The notes beneath the pieces are model-generated. The model searched no databases. It had not been told where the DNA came from and worked only from the letters and a program-made list of their open reading frames with translations. A stretch of 64,000 nucleotides of DNA from an uncultured Microthrixaceae bacterium. Lineage in GTDB: Bacteria; Actinomycetota; Acidimicrobiia; Acidimicrobiales; Acidimicrobilacustridaceae. The first letter of the stretch is position 1; every line of letters begins with the position of its first letter. Shown here one piece after another: positions 55,272 to 64,000 of the stretch. Position numbers and translations under genes: made by a program. The stretch is taken from NCBI GenBank assembly GCA_963776435.1, contig CAVZMK010000006.1:472895-536894 (forward strand), in the 5' to 3' direction.

Positions 55272-55939
55272 TCACCTCCGATGAGGTCGCGGCCCGCCTT
55301 GCCACGGTGCGCGGGCGCATCGAGGCCGCGGGTGGGGGACCGGACGTCACGGTCGTCGCCGTGACCAAGGGCTTCGGTGTCGACGCCGTCGAGGCGGCAC
55401 TCGCGGCCGGGTTGGTCGACGTGGGGGAGAACTACGCCCAGGAGCTGTCCGACAAGGTCGCCGAGCTGGTGGTGCCCGATGGCGCGTCGCCGCCCCGCGT
55501 GCACTTCATCGGCCGGCTGCAGCGCAACAAGGTGCGCCACCTCGCGGCGACGGTGGCGGTCTGGCAGAGCGTCGACCGGCTGGCGCTGGCCCGTGAGATC
55601 GCGGCCCGCGCGCCGGGCGCGACCGTGTTCGTCCAGCTCAACCTCTCGGGTGAGTCGCAGAAGGGTGGTTGCGCGCCGGCCGACGCGCCCGAGCTGGTCG
55701 CACGCGGCCGCGACCTCGGCTTGGACGTGCAGGGGCTCATGGGGGTCGGACCGGCTGGTCCCCCCGAGGCGGCGCGGCCGGGCTTCCGCCGGCTCGCGGC
55801 GCTGGCGGACGAGCTCGACCTGCCCGTCCGGTCGATCGGGATGAGCGGCGACCTGGAGGTGGCCGTGCAGGAGGGGTCGACGATGGTGCGCATCGGCACC
55901 GACCTGTTCGGTCCGCGGCCGCCGCGGCCGCCGGCCTGA
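55268..55939 (+). CDS. yggS: YggS-family pyridoxal-phosphate homeostasis protein
   Basis: In ORF-track 55205-55939. GTG 55268 overlaps the upstream stop (GTGA). Blocks present: VVAVTKGF (PLP Lys), GENYAQEL, HFIGRLQRNK, SIGMSGD. Confidence 0.85.
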   Translation: MITSDEVAARLATVRGRIEAAGGGPDVTVVAVTKGFGVDAVEAALAAGLVDVGENYAQELSDKVAELVVPDGASPPRVHFIGRLQRNKVRHLAATVAVWQSVDRLALAREIAARAPGATVFVQLNLSGESQKGGCAPADAPELVARGRDLGLDVQGLMGVGPAGPPEAARPGFRRLAALADELDLPVRSIGMSGDLEVAVQEGSTMVRIGTDLFGPRPPRPPA

Positions 55940-55952
55940 ACGCCAGGCGCGG

Positions 55953-56165
55953 CTACGCAGCGGCCGGAGGGTCGCCCTGGGGCGCCTTACCGGCCCGGAT
56001 GGCGGCGTAGACCGCGCCACCGGCGAGAACCACGCCAACGATGAAGGCCAGCACACCGCGCTTGGGGTGGCCGGACACGATGACGGCCCCCACGGCGATG
56101 CAGACGACGGCGAGCACGGCCAACGCGATCGTCAGCGGGTCGATCTTCAAGCGGGCAGATGCCAC
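55953..56165 (-). CDS. small two-helix membrane protein encoded antisense to the dcw cluster direction
   Basis: ORF-track 55953-56165, 70 aa. GTG start with a strong GGAGGAG 6 nt upstream. High GC3 and two hydrophobic helices. Confidence 0.5.
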   Translation of the reverse strand: MASARLKIDPLTIALAVLAVVCIAVGAVIVSGHPKRGVLAFIVGVVLAGGAVYAAIRAGKAPQGDPPAAA

Positions 56166-56388
56166 TGAGGCTCCTCCGGATCAGTTGCACACATGGGCTC
56201 GGTTCCCAGCCGGTGTGGACTCTACGCCTCGGAGGACGAGACGCCCACGGGCACGCCCGTCTCGGCGGCGGCGGCACTCCATCGGCGCCGCACGCTCGCC
56301 CTACGGATGAGATTCACTAGTGTTGTCCGACACGACGACGATCGGAACCGGCCTTCCACCGTGAGTGGTGCCGACTCGGGAGGATCGG

Positions 56389-56973
56389 ATGGCTTCCATG
56401 TGGCGCAAGGCCATGCTCTACCTGGGTCTCGGCCCCGACGAGGACTACGACGACTACGACGGAGCCGACGACATGGTCGCCGCCCCGCAACCGAACCGAC
56501 CCACGCCTCCGGTCCGGGATCCCGCCACGATGGGCGCCCGGACCGCCACGGCGACCCGCACCCGCCCGCCGGGAGGCATGGCGCCGCCGGCCCCGCCCGA
56601 ACCCGTCGAACAGTCCGGCGTGCGGCCGCTGCCGAGCCCGACCGGCGAGACGGCCCCCAAGCCGCGGACGGTGGTGCGGCCGGTGCCGGCCGCGACGACG
56701 GCCAAGCCCTTCATCGTCGCGCCGACCATGTTCAACCAGGCCCAGGACGTGGCCGACCGCTTCAAGAACTCCCAGCCGGTCATCGTCAACCTGCAGGGCG
56801 CCGACCGCGATCTGACCCGGCGGCTCCTCGACTTCGCCGCCGGCCTCTGTTACGCCCTCGGCGGCCAGATGGAGAAGGTGGCCGACCAGGTGTTCCTGCT
56901 CACGCCGAGCAACGTCGAGGTCTCGGCCGAGGAACGTCGGCGGCTGCAAGAGCGCGGCCTCCACGACGGCTGA
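56389..56973 (+). CDS. sepF: cell division protein SepF
   Basis: In ORF-track 56365-56973. ATG 56389 is preceded by GGGAGGA. The N-terminal MASMWRKAMLYLGL membrane-targeting helix and a Pro-rich linker are followed by the conserved C-domain (FNQAQDVADRFKNSQPVIVNLQ...DFAAGLCYALGG). Confidence 0.85.
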   Translation: MASMWRKAMLYLGLGPDEDYDDYDGADDMVAAPQPNRPTPPVRDPATMGARTATATRTRPPGGMAPPAPPEPVEQSGVRPLPSPTGETAPKPRTVVRPVPAATTAKPFIVAPTMFNQAQDVADRFKNSQPVIVNLQGADRDLTRRLLDFAAGLCYALGGQMEKVADQVFLLTPSNVEVSAEERRRLQERGLHDG

Positions 56974-56985
56974 GCCCGGAGCCTG

Positions 56986-57237
56986 ATGCTCAACCTCATC
57001 TCCTACCTTCTCTCCGTCTATCTGGTCGTCCTCTTCGGACGCATCGTGCTCAGCTGGTTCCCGTTGGCGCCCGACGGTCCGATGGCCTCCATCGCCCGCG
57101 TGTTCTACGCGCTGACCGAGCCCGTCCTGGCGCCGATCCGGGCGGTGATCCCGCCCCTGCAGATGGGCGGGATGGGGCTCGACCTCTCGCCGATGATCGT
57201 GTTCTTCGTCATCCTGTTCGTCCAACGACTGCTCTGA
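56986..57237 (+). CDS. yggT: YggT-family membrane protein
   Basis: ORF-track 56986-57237, 83 aa. Pattern: YLVVLFGRIVLSWFP...LTEPVLAPIR. Confidence 0.8.
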   Translation: MLNLISYLLSVYLVVLFGRIVLSWFPLAPDGPMASIARVFYALTEPVLAPIRAVIPPLQMGGMGLDLSPMIVFFVILFVQRLL

Positions 57238-57328
57238 TCAGGGCACTCGCGACCGGGACCGGCGGGCCCGGTCGCCGGGCGGGGGCATCGGCCCCACGGG
57301 CCCCACGGCGTGGTTAGCATCCGAGGTC

Positions 57329-58513
57329 ATGGAAGGAACACCCCAACTCCTGACCGATGTGAAGTTCACGCAGCTGCGGAAGGGCGGGTACGACCCCGAA
57401 GAGGTCGACAACTACCTCGAGCGCATCAACGATGCCGTCGCCAAGCTGGCCGAGAACCTGCGGGACGCGACCGAGCGGGCCGAATCGGCCCAGGCCCAGC
57501 TGGCCGATGCTCGGCGGGCGCAAGAAGAGGCCGAGTCCGAGCTGGCGCGCATCCGCGGTGGCGGCATGGTGTCGAGCGCACCCTCGGCCGACGAAGAGGT
57601 GGCCAAGGTCCTCGTGCTCGCGCAACGCGCCGCCGACCAGGCCGTCGACGAGGCGAACGAGACCGCGACCAAGACCGTGGCCGACGCCCGGGCCAAGGCC
57701 GTGAACCTGCTGGCCGACGCAGAGCAGGAGCGCGAGCGCCTGCTGGTCAAGGCGCACAAGAAGGCCGACGCCGTCGCGGAGGAGCGCGCCCGCTCGCTCA
57801 ACGACCAGGTGTCAGCGCTGAGCGCGGCCAAGGCCGACCTCGAGACCGACGTCGCCACCCTGACCACCCACCTCGAGCTCGAGCGCGATCGGCTGCGTGA
57901 TGCCATCGAGTCCGTGAGAGCGGCGCTCGACGATCCGGAGGGGCTGCGGTTGGCACCCACGCCCGAGTTGCTCGACACGCCCATCCCCCACGTCGACCTG
58001 CCCACCACGATGGAGCGGCCCAGCCCGTTCGCGCCGGTCGACGCCGACACGACCGAGACCCCCGAGGTCGACCTCGACGCCGGGCCTCCCTCGGCAGTCG
58101 ACGACGATCGCGATGACGACGAGATCATCGCCTCCGGCATCGACGATGGATCGACGCGCACCGACGCCCCTGACGTCGACGACGCGGCCGATCTCGACGC
58201 CGGCGACGCGACATCGGCTGACCCCGACATCGACCTCGACACCGGATCCCGCGGCTCGTTCGGCGACGATGACGACGATGACGACGACCCGTTCACAAAT
58301 CGCGACGAGACCCACGTCCGGTTGTTCGAGAGCGGCGCGGCCTCCGATCCCGAGCTCGACTCCGGCCCGCCCACCGAGCTGTTCGCGCCCGACGACCAGC
58401 CGCTCGGCCCCCCTGACGAGGAAGCCGACGCCGCCATGCGGGCCTTCTTCGAGCGTGACCTCGACAATCCCGAGGTCAGCACGAGCCGGGGTCGTTTCGG
58501 ACGCCGACGCTGA
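57329..58513 (+). CDS. divIVA: DivIVA-domain protein (Wag31-like) with a long acidic C-terminal region
   Basis: ORF-track 57329-58513, 394 aa. N-terminal DivIVA motif VKFTQLRKGGYDPEEVDNYLERI and a coiled coil, then an Asp-rich tail including an 8-Asp run. Confidence 0.85.
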   Translation: MEGTPQLLTDVKFTQLRKGGYDPEEVDNYLERINDAVAKLAENLRDATERAESAQAQLADARRAQEEAESELARIRGGGMVSSAPSADEEVAKVLVLAQRAADQAVDEANETATKTVADARAKAVNLLADAEQERERLLVKAHKKADAVAEERARSLNDQVSALSAAKADLETDVATLTTHLELERDRLRDAIESVRAALDDPEGLRLAPTPELLDTPIPHVDLPTTMERPSPFAPVDADTTETPEVDLDAGPPSAVDDDRDDDEIIASGIDDGSTRTDAPDVDDAADLDAGDATSADPDIDLDTGSRGSFGDDDDDDDDPFTNRDETHVRLFESGAASDPELDSGPPTELFAPDDQPLGPPDEEADAAMRAFFERDLDNPEVSTSRGRFGRRR

Positions 58514-58554
58514 ACCGGTAGCTGCTCAGCCCGCCCGCCCGCGCACGGCTCGGG

Positions 58555-61500
58555 TCAGGCGGTGGCCAGGAGGAGCCTGACGCGCACCTCGAGGCCGTCG
58601 ACCGCGAGCGCCTCGTCGAGCCGATCGTCAGCCGTCGCGTCGGCCAGCCGGGTGGCCAGGACCTCGGCTGCGATCCAGTCGCGGTGCGCATCGAGCGCGG
58701 GTTGCAGCTCGGGGGGCGCGGCCACGACGACGGCCACCCGGTCGGAGATGGCGAAGCCCTGGGCCTTGCGCTGGTCGTTGAGCGCCCGCACCAGCTCGCG
58801 GGCCTGACCTTCACGGCGCAGCTCGTCGTCGACCTCGAGGTCGAGTGCCACCGCCCAACCGTCCTCCTCGGCGAGGGCGAACGATCCATGGCGTTCGGCC
58901 CGCACCTCGACGTCGTTCGCGTCGAGCCGCTCGCCCGCGACCTCGATGTGGCCCTGGGCGAGGAGCTGCTGCTGGAGGGCCGACCCGTCGGCCGCGGCCA
59001 GCGCCGCCTTGACCTCGTTGACCTTCGGCCCGAGGCGGGGACCGAGCGTGCGGAAGTTGGGGGCGATCGTCCAGGTCATGACGCTCGACAGCGTGTCGAG
59101 CCGTTCGAGCGCCTTGACGTTGAGCTCGGTGCGGATCTCCTCGTCGACCTCGTCACGAAGCTCGAGGCCAGGGTGCAGCACCAGGGCCCGTCGGAGGGGC
59201 TGGCGCACCTTGACCTTGGCCTCGGTGCGGGCGGCCCGGCCGAGCGCGACGATCCGGCGGGAGGCGTCGACCTCGGTCGCCAGGGTCGTGTCGACCCGGC
59301 CCCGGCTGTGCGGCCAGTCGCTCAGATGCACGCTCACCTCGCCCGTCAGCGGCGTGTAGATGGCGTCGGCCAGGAAGGGGCAGAAGGGGGCCAGCAGCTG
59401 GGCGGTGGTGACCAGGCACTCGTGCAGGGTGGCGTGCGCGTCGGGGTCGCTGCTCTTCCAGAACCGTGGGCGGGAGCGGCGGACGTACCAGTTGGACAGG
59501 TCGTCGACGAAGGTGCTCAGCCGGCTGGCGCCGGCCAGCGCGTCGAAGCCCTCGAGCGCGTCGGTGACGACGTCGACCGTGTCATCGAGCTGGCCGAGGA
59601 TCCACCGGTCGAGCACATGGGTCGGCTCGGTCGGTGCACCCGGGCTCCAACCGTCGAGGTCGGCATAGGTGGCGAAGAAGGAGAAGACGTTCCACAACGT
59701 CAGCAGCGTCTGGCGCGTCGACTCGCGGATGCCGTCGGGGTAGACGCGCCGTGGCGTCCACGGCTGTCCCGAGGAGAAGAAGTACCACCGCAATGCGTCG
59801 GCGCCCTGGGTCGAGAAGATGTCCCACGGGGCGATGATGTTGCCGCGGGACTTGGACATCTTCTGACCGTTCTCGTCGACGATCAGGTTGAGGCAGACCA
59901 CGTTGCGGTAGGGGCTGCGGTCGAACACCAACGTGTTGACGGCGAGCAGCGAGTAGAACCAGCCCCTCGTCTGGTCGATGGCCTCGCAGATGAAATCGGC
60001 GGGGAACGAGTGGTGGAAGGCGTCGGAGTCGCCGAACGGATAGTGCGCCTGCGCCGACGGCATGGACCCAGAGTCGAACCAGGCGTCGAGGACGGGCTCG
60101 ACCCGGCGGCACGTGCCGCTGCACTTGGGGCAGGGCAGCGTGATCTCGTCGACGAAGGGTCGGTGCAGGTCGAGCTGGCTCAGATCGCGACCCGACAGCT
60201 CGGCCAGCTCCGCGACCGATCCGACGCAGTGGTCGTGGCCGCACCCCCGGCACTTCCAGATCGGCATGGGCGTGCCCCAGTACCGGTCGCGCGACAACGC
60301 CCAGTCGACGTTGCCTTCGAGCCACTTGCCGAATCGCCCGTGCTTGATGTGGTCGGGCTGCCAGTTGATGGTGTCGTTCTCGCGGAGCAGCTCGTCGCGC
60401 ATGGTCGACGTGCGCACGAACCAGGAGGTCTTCGCCCAGTAGATGAGCGGGGTGCCGCAACGCCAGCAGTGGGGGTAGCTGTGGGTGTAGGCCAGCTCCT
60501 CGACGAGCAGCCCGCGGTCGGTGAGGTCGGCGATGATGCCTCGGTCGGCGTCCTTCACGAACAGGCCCTGCCACTGCGGGACCGAGGCGTCGAACGTGCC
60601 ATCGGCGTCGACCGGGTTGAGCATCGGCAGCCCCTCGGCTCGGGCGACAGCCGCGTCCTCCTCGCCGAACGCCGGCGCCTGGTGGACGATGCCGGTGCCG
60701 TCGTCGGTGCTGACGTAGTCGGCGGCCACCACCCGCCAGGCGTCCGACCCCGGCGGCGCCTCGAGCATGGTGAAGGGCCGGGCGTAGTGGAGACCGACCA
60801 GCTCGTGGCCCTTCCAGGTGGCGGTCGGTTCGACGCCCTCGGGCAGGAGCGACACCGCGAGGACGAGGTCGCGTCCGGTTGAACCGAAGGCCTCGGCCGG
60901 GACGCGCCCGTAGACGATCTCCGGACCGACCGCGGCGGCCACGTTGGAGATCAAGGTCCAGGGCGTCGTCGTCCACACCAGCAGGTCGGCGCCGACCAGG
61001 TCGGGGTGGCGCTCGGCCTCGTCGACCAGCGGGAACCGGACATACACCGAGGGATCGACGATGTCGCGGTACACGTCGGGCTGGCCCAGCTCGTGGGACG
61101 ACAGCGCGGTACCGCACCGCGAGCAGTAGGGGCTCACCTTGTGGCCCTCGTACAGCAGACCCTTCTGCCACAACTGGGAGATCAGCCACCAGACCGACTC
61201 GACGTAGTCGTTCGACATCGTCCAGTAGGCGTCGGCGGTGTCGATCCAGGTGCCGGAGCGCGTCGTGAGTGCCGACCAGTCCTCGACGTAGCGCAGGACG
61301 GAGTCGCGGCAGTGCTGGTTGAACTCGGCGACGCCGTAGGCCTCGATCTCGTGCTTCGAGCGCAGCCCGAGCTCCTTTTCGACCTCGAGCTCGACCGGCA
61401 GGCCGTGGCAGTCCCACCCTCCCTTGCGCGGGACGGCGTGGCCCCGCATGGTCTGGAACCGTGGGTAGAGGTCCTTGAACACCCGCGCCCACACGTGGTG

Positions 61501-61671
61501 CAGGCCCGGGCGGCCGTTCGCCGTCGGCGGCCCCTCGTAGAAGATCCAGGGCTTGCCGTCGCGGCGCCGCTTCTGCGACTCGGCCTCGACATCGTGCTCG
61601 CGCCAGTGCTGGAGCACCCGCTCCTCGAGGGCGACCAGGTCGAAATCGGGGTCGATGGGGCCGAAGGGCAT
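58555..61671 (-). CDS. ileS: isoleucine-tRNA ligase
   Basis: ORF-track 58555-61671, 1038 aa. Class I motifs are a HIGH-like sequence (PTANGRPGLHHVWAR) and KMSKS (QKMSKSRGN). An editing-domain insertion is present. Intact over 3.1 kb. Confidence 0.95.
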   Translation of the reverse strand: MPFGPIDPDFDLVALEERVLQHWREHDVEAESQKRRRDGKPWIFYEGPPTANGRPGLHHVWARVFKDLYPRFQTMRGHAVPRKGGWDCHGLPVELEVEKELGLRSKHEIEAYGVAEFNQHCRDSVLRYVEDWSALTTRSGTWIDTADAYWTMSNDYVESVWWLISQLWQKGLLYEGHKVSPYCSRCGTALSSHELGQPDVYRDIVDPSVYVRFPLVDEAERHPDLVGADLLVWTTTPWTLISNVAAAVGPEIVYGRVPAEAFGSTGRDLVLAVSLLPEGVEPTATWKGHELVGLHYARPFTMLEAPPGSDAWRVVAADYVSTDDGTGIVHQAPAFGEEDAAVARAEGLPMLNPVDADGTFDASVPQWQGLFVKDADRGIIADLTDRGLLVEELAYTHSYPHCWRCGTPLIYWAKTSWFVRTSTMRDELLRENDTINWQPDHIKHGRFGKWLEGNVDWALSRDRYWGTPMPIWKCRGCGHDHCVGSVAELAELSGRDLSQLDLHRPFVDEITLPCPKCSGTCRRVEPVLDAWFDSGSMPSAQAHYPFGDSDAFHHSFPADFICEAIDQTRGWFYSLLAVNTLVFDRSPYRNVVCLNLIVDENGQKMSKSRGNIIAPWDIFSTQGADALRWYFFSSGQPWTPRRVYPDGIRESTRQTLLTLWNVFSFFATYADLDGWSPGAPTEPTHVLDRWILGQLDDTVDVVTDALEGFDALAGASRLSTFVDDLSNWYVRRSRPRFWKSSDPDAHATLHECLVTTAQLLAPFCPFLADAIYTPLTGEVSVHLSDWPHSRGRVDTTLATEVDASRRIVALGRAARTEAKVKVRQPLRRALVLHPGLELRDEVDEEIRTELNVKALERLDTLSSVMTWTIAPNFRTLGPRLGPKVNEVKAALAAADGSALQQQLLAQGHIEVAGERLDANDVEVRAERHGSFALAEEDGWAVALDLEVDDELRREGQARELVRALNDQRKAQGFAISDRVAVVVAAPPELQPALDAHRDWIAAEVLATRLADATADDRLDEALAVDGLEVRVRLLLATA

Positions 61672-61796
61672 CGTCTCAGCCTACGTGGCGCGCTCTACGG
61701 CCCAGGCCCCCCATGGCCCGGTCGAGTCTTGACTCCCCGGGGCGCCGAGGCTTAGAGTCCGCCCTCTTTGCGGCGGGACCGAGAGGACATCCGACC

Positions 61797-62516
61797 ATGC
61801 CGAAAGCCACCAGCGCGACCAAGTCGGCCGCCGCTCGCCCGTCCGGGTCCCGCCCGACCAGGTCCGCGCCGGCAGCCACGCGCGCCTCGACGGGAGCGCG
61901 CAAGGCGGCTCCCGTGAAGAAGGGCGCGACCCCGGCTGCCAAGAAGACCGCCGCCGCGAAGGCGCCGGCGGGCAAGGCTGCCGCCAAGAAGGCGCCGGCG
62001 AAGGCCACCGCCGCGACCAAGAAGGCTCCCGCGAAGAAGACCGCCGCCGCGAAGGCGCCGGCCGCCAAGGCTGCCGCCAAGAAGACGGCCAGCAAGACGG
62101 CCCCCGCGGCCAAGAAGACCCCCGCCCGGCGCAAGCCCACCGCCTCCGAGCTCAAGTTCTTCGAGGTGCAGCGCCAGAGCCTCATCGAGGAGCGCGCCAC
62201 CTACCTGCGCCAGGCCGAGTCGCTCAAGGCCGAGGCCGACTCGCTGGCCGAGCAGCGCGAGCCGGGCGACGTCCAGTTCGACGAGGAGTCCGGCGAGGGC
62301 GACACCCTCGCCGTCGAGCGCGAGCGCGACCTGGCGCTCAGCGCCCAGGCCCGCCAGGCCATCGAGGAGATCGACCACGCGCTGGCCAAGATCGACATCG
62401 GCACCTACGGCATCTGCGAGGTCTCGGGCCAGCCCATCCCGCGCGAGCGGCTCAAGGCCATTCCGTGGGCACGCGAGCGGGTCGAGTACAAGGTCGGGGG
62501 CTTCGGCCGTCGCTGA
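61797..62516 (+). CDS. TraR/DksA-family protein with an N-terminal Ala/Lys-rich (AKKA, histone-H1-like) repeat domain and a degenerate zinc finger
   Basis: In ORF-track 61713-62516. ATG 61797 is preceded by GAGAGGA. Residues 1-120 are PAKKA/AAKK repeats. The C-terminal part has a DksA-like coiled coil and finger region IDIGTYGICEVSGQPIPRERLKAIPWA with a single Cys. Confidence 0.7.
   Translation: MPKATSATKSAAARPSGSRPTRSAPAATRASTGARKAAPVKKGATPAAKKTAAAKAPAGKAAAKKAPAKATAATKKAPAKKTAAAKAPAAKAAAKKTASKTAPAAKKTPARRKPTASELKFFEVQRQSLIEERATYLRQAESLKAEADSLAEQREPGDVQFDEESGEGDTLAVERERDLALSAQARQAIEEIDHALAKIDIGTYGICEVSGQPIPRERLKAIPWARERVEYKVGGFGRR
61941..62084 (+). repeat. internal 51-nt direct repeat (93-nt period) in the AKKA-coding region
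   Basis: 61941-61991 and 62034-62084 share aagaagaccgccgccgcgaaggcgccggc exactly. The following 22 nt differ at about 3 positions. Confidence 0.8.
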
Positions 62517-62535
62517 GCCGGCCCCTGGCGCAACC

Positions 62536-63021
62536 GTGGGTCGTCCGACCCGGCGTTGGGGGCTGGTCCTGGGTGTGGCCGCCGCGGTGATCGCGGTCGA
62601 CCAGCTCACCAAGTGGTGGGCGCTGCGGACCCTCCAGACCCGGTCGATCCACCTGTTCTGGACGTTCCGCCTGGCGCTCACCCGCAACACCGGAGCCGCG
62701 TTCAGCCGATTCGGGGGCCAGGGCCCGCTCATCGGCCTGCTGGCGCTCGGCGTAGTCGGCTTCCTGCTGTGGCAGGGTCGCAGCGTGTCGACCCGCGTGG
62801 GCTCGGTCGCTCTCGGACTGGTGCTCGGCGGCGCGATCGGGAACCTCGTCGACCGGGCCCTGCGCGATGGCGGCGGCTTCATGCAGGGAGCCGTCGTGGA
62901 CTTCATCGATCCGCAGTGGTGGCCGGTGTTCAACGTGGCCGACTCGTGCGTCGTGATCGGGGCCATCCTGTTGGTGGTGGTCAGCCTCGTGCAGCCCGGC
63001 ACCGGCGACCGCTCGGCGTGA
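62536..63021 (+). CDS. lspA: lipoprotein signal peptidase (signal peptidase II)
   Basis: ORF-track 62536-63021, 161 aa. Blocks present: VIAVDQLTKWWA, NTGAAFS, GGAIGNLVDR, VFNVADS. Confidence 0.85.
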   Translation: MGRPTRRWGLVLGVAAAVIAVDQLTKWWALRTLQTRSIHLFWTFRLALTRNTGAAFSRFGGQGPLIGLLALGVVGFLLWQGRSVSTRVGSVALGLVLGGAIGNLVDRALRDGGGFMQGAVVDFIDPQWWPVFNVADSCVVIGAILLVVVSLVQPGTGDRSA

Positions 63022-63049
63022 GCTGGCCAACCTCGATGAACGAGACCTG

Positions 63050-63970
63050 ATGGACGAGACGGTGCCCGCCGCGCTCGCGGGTGAGCGCCTCGACCGCTTC
63101 GTCGCCATGGTCACCGCCATCAGCCGCGCCGAGGCCGCCGACCTCGTGACCGGTGGCCGGGTGCGGATCGACGGCACGGTCGTCACGACGAGGTCGCGGC
63201 GCCTCGATCCCGGCCAGCGGGTCGAGGCCGACGTCGACGAGCTGCTAGCCGGTCGAGGGGCCGGGCTGGAGCCAGAGGCCGACGTGGAGGTCCACGTCGT
63301 CTACGAGGACGACGACGTCGTCGTGGTCGACAAGCCGCCGGGCCTGGTCGTGCACCCCGGCGCGGGCAACCCCACCGGGACGCTGGTCCAGGGTCTGCTG
63401 GCCCGGTATCCGGAGATCGCCGCCGTCGGCGATCCGTCCCGGCCCGGCATCGTCCACCGCCTCGACAAGGGGACCTCGGGCCTGCTGGTGGTCGCCCGCA
63501 CGCCCGCGGCCTACACCGCGCTCGTCCGCATGCTGGCGGCGCACGAGGTCGACCGCCGCTACCTCGCGCTGGTCTGGGGCGAGCTCGAGACGCTGAGCGG
63601 CATGGTCGACGCGCCCGTCGGCCGCTCCGCCCGGGAGCCGACGCGGATGACCGTCTCGACCCGCGGCAAGGAGGCCCGGACGCGCTACGAGGTGATCGCG
63701 ACCTACCGCGACCCAGTGGTGGTGTCGCTGCTCGAGTGTCGCCTCGAGACAGGACGCACGCATCAGATCAGGGTCCACCTCTCCGCCATCGACCATCCCG
63801 TCGTCGGCGACGCCCGCTACGGCGGGGCGCGTCCCTCGCTGCCGGCACCTCGGCCCTGGCTGCACGCGGCGGGGCTGCGGTTCACGCACCCCACCACTGG
63901 GGCCGAGCTGAGCTTCGACTCGCCGGTGCCGGCCGAGCTCGAAGCTGTCCTCGCTCCGCTCCGACCCTGA
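63050..63970 (+). CDS. rluD: RluA-family 23S rRNA pseudouridine synthase (RluD-like)
   Basis: ORF-track 63050-63970, 306 aa. An S4-like N-terminus and the catalytic HRLDKGTSGLLVVART, then RTHQIRVHL. Confidence 0.85.
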   Translation: MDETVPAALAGERLDRFVAMVTAISRAEAADLVTGGRVRIDGTVVTTRSRRLDPGQRVEADVDELLAGRGAGLEPEADVEVHVVYEDDDVVVVDKPPGLVVHPGAGNPTGTLVQGLLARYPEIAAVGDPSRPGIVHRLDKGTSGLLVVARTPAAYTALVRMLAAHEVDRRYLALVWGELETLSGMVDAPVGRSAREPTRMTVSTRGKEARTRYEVIATYRDPVVVSLLECRLETGRTHQIRVHLSAIDHPVVGDARYGGARPSLPAPRPWLHAAGLRFTHPTTGAELSFDSPVPAELEAVLAPLRP

Positions 63971-64000
63971 AGATCAGTCAGACCTTCTCGCCGGGCCAGC

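Noticed and set aside
58080-58300. The Asp-rich coding stretch of DivIVA as a DNA-level repeat or variable-number tandem repeat.
   Set aside because: The gac/gat codon runs are short and imperfect at the nucleotide level. This looks like ordinary low-complexity acidic sequence rather than a defined tandem repeat.
61672-61796. A T-box riboswitch or leader upstream of ileS, as known for actinobacterial ileS genes.
   Set aside because: I read the 125-nt leader on the minus strand (…GGUCCCGCCGCAAAGAGGGCGGACUCUAAGCCUCGGCGCCCCGGGGAGUCAAGACUCGACCGGGCCAUGGGGGGCCUGGGCCGUAGAGCGCGCCACGUAGGCUGAGACG-AUG). It has no AUC specifier codon and no UGGNACCGCG-type T-box sequence. The space is also shared with the divergent DksA-like promoter. 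A covariance-model scan would be needed to overturn this.
1-64000. tRNA, rRNA, CRISPR arrays, prophage or a genomic island.
   Set aside because: No T-arm-like GGTTCGAATCC motifs in a tRNA context were seen. There are no regularly spaced direct repeats with spacers and no phage, integrase or transposase genes. Apart from short promoter-like low-GC islands, I saw no compositional break by eye.

Overview
This is a high-GC (by eye about 70%) chromosomal core segment. Gene content and order fit Actinomycetota, possibly Acidimicrobiia. I found no rRNA, tRNA, CRISPR array, transposase or integrase.

The right half (38.9-58.5 kb, + strand) is a complete division/cell-wall (dcw) cluster. It runs: MraZ-box promoter, mraZ, rsmH, ftsL-like, ftsI, murE, mraY, murD, ftsW, murG, murC, murB, ftsQ, ftsZ, pgeF(yfiH), yggS, sepF, yggT, divIVA. 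It is followed by ileS (-), a DksA/TraR-like gene with a histone-H1-like AKKA tail, lspA and an RluA-family pseudouridine synthase.

The left half carries housekeeping and envelope genes:
- queG, and GT4 and GT2 glycosyltransferases.
- An SRPBCC / ArsA-Get3-like ATPase / small acidic protein module, followed by an SMC-like coiled-coil protein with a degenerate Walker A.
- An eRF1/Pelota-like protein with a zinc ribbon.
- Two ROK kinases, an aminotransferase, TetR, an RmlC-like cupin and glpK.
- mtrA-mtrB plus a small GerMN lipoprotein.
- IMPase, a PIG-L deacetylase, a thiolase+DUF35 pair, ppm1, Nudix and dinB.
- MoxR-DUF58-transglutaminase.
- Acyl-CoA dehydrogenase, an HNH nuclease, an OSBS-like enolase, a lipoate-ligase-like protein, and PNPOx-like and FAD oxidoreductases.

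The most striking sequence-level property is broken reading frames in about 20 conserved genes, including essential murC, murG, murD, murE and ftsW. Every junction whose direction I traced shifts the frame by +1 (single-base insertion type). The breaks are clustered in patches, while other long genes (ileS, ftsI, ftsZ, glpK) are clean. This looks like an insertion-biased assembly or base-calling artefact and must be resolved before any pseudogene biology is inferred.

Other items worth follow-up:
- The eRF1-like and SMC-like proteins.
- A three-copy palindromic intergenic repeat family.
- Phased GTGG repeats (candidate MraZ boxes) over the dcw promoter.
- A 39-bp perfect palindrome.
- The absence of murF from the cluster.

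I did not find a clear-cut novel multi-gene system. The SRPBCC-ArsA-acidic-SMC-like stretch and the eRF1-like gene are the best candidates.
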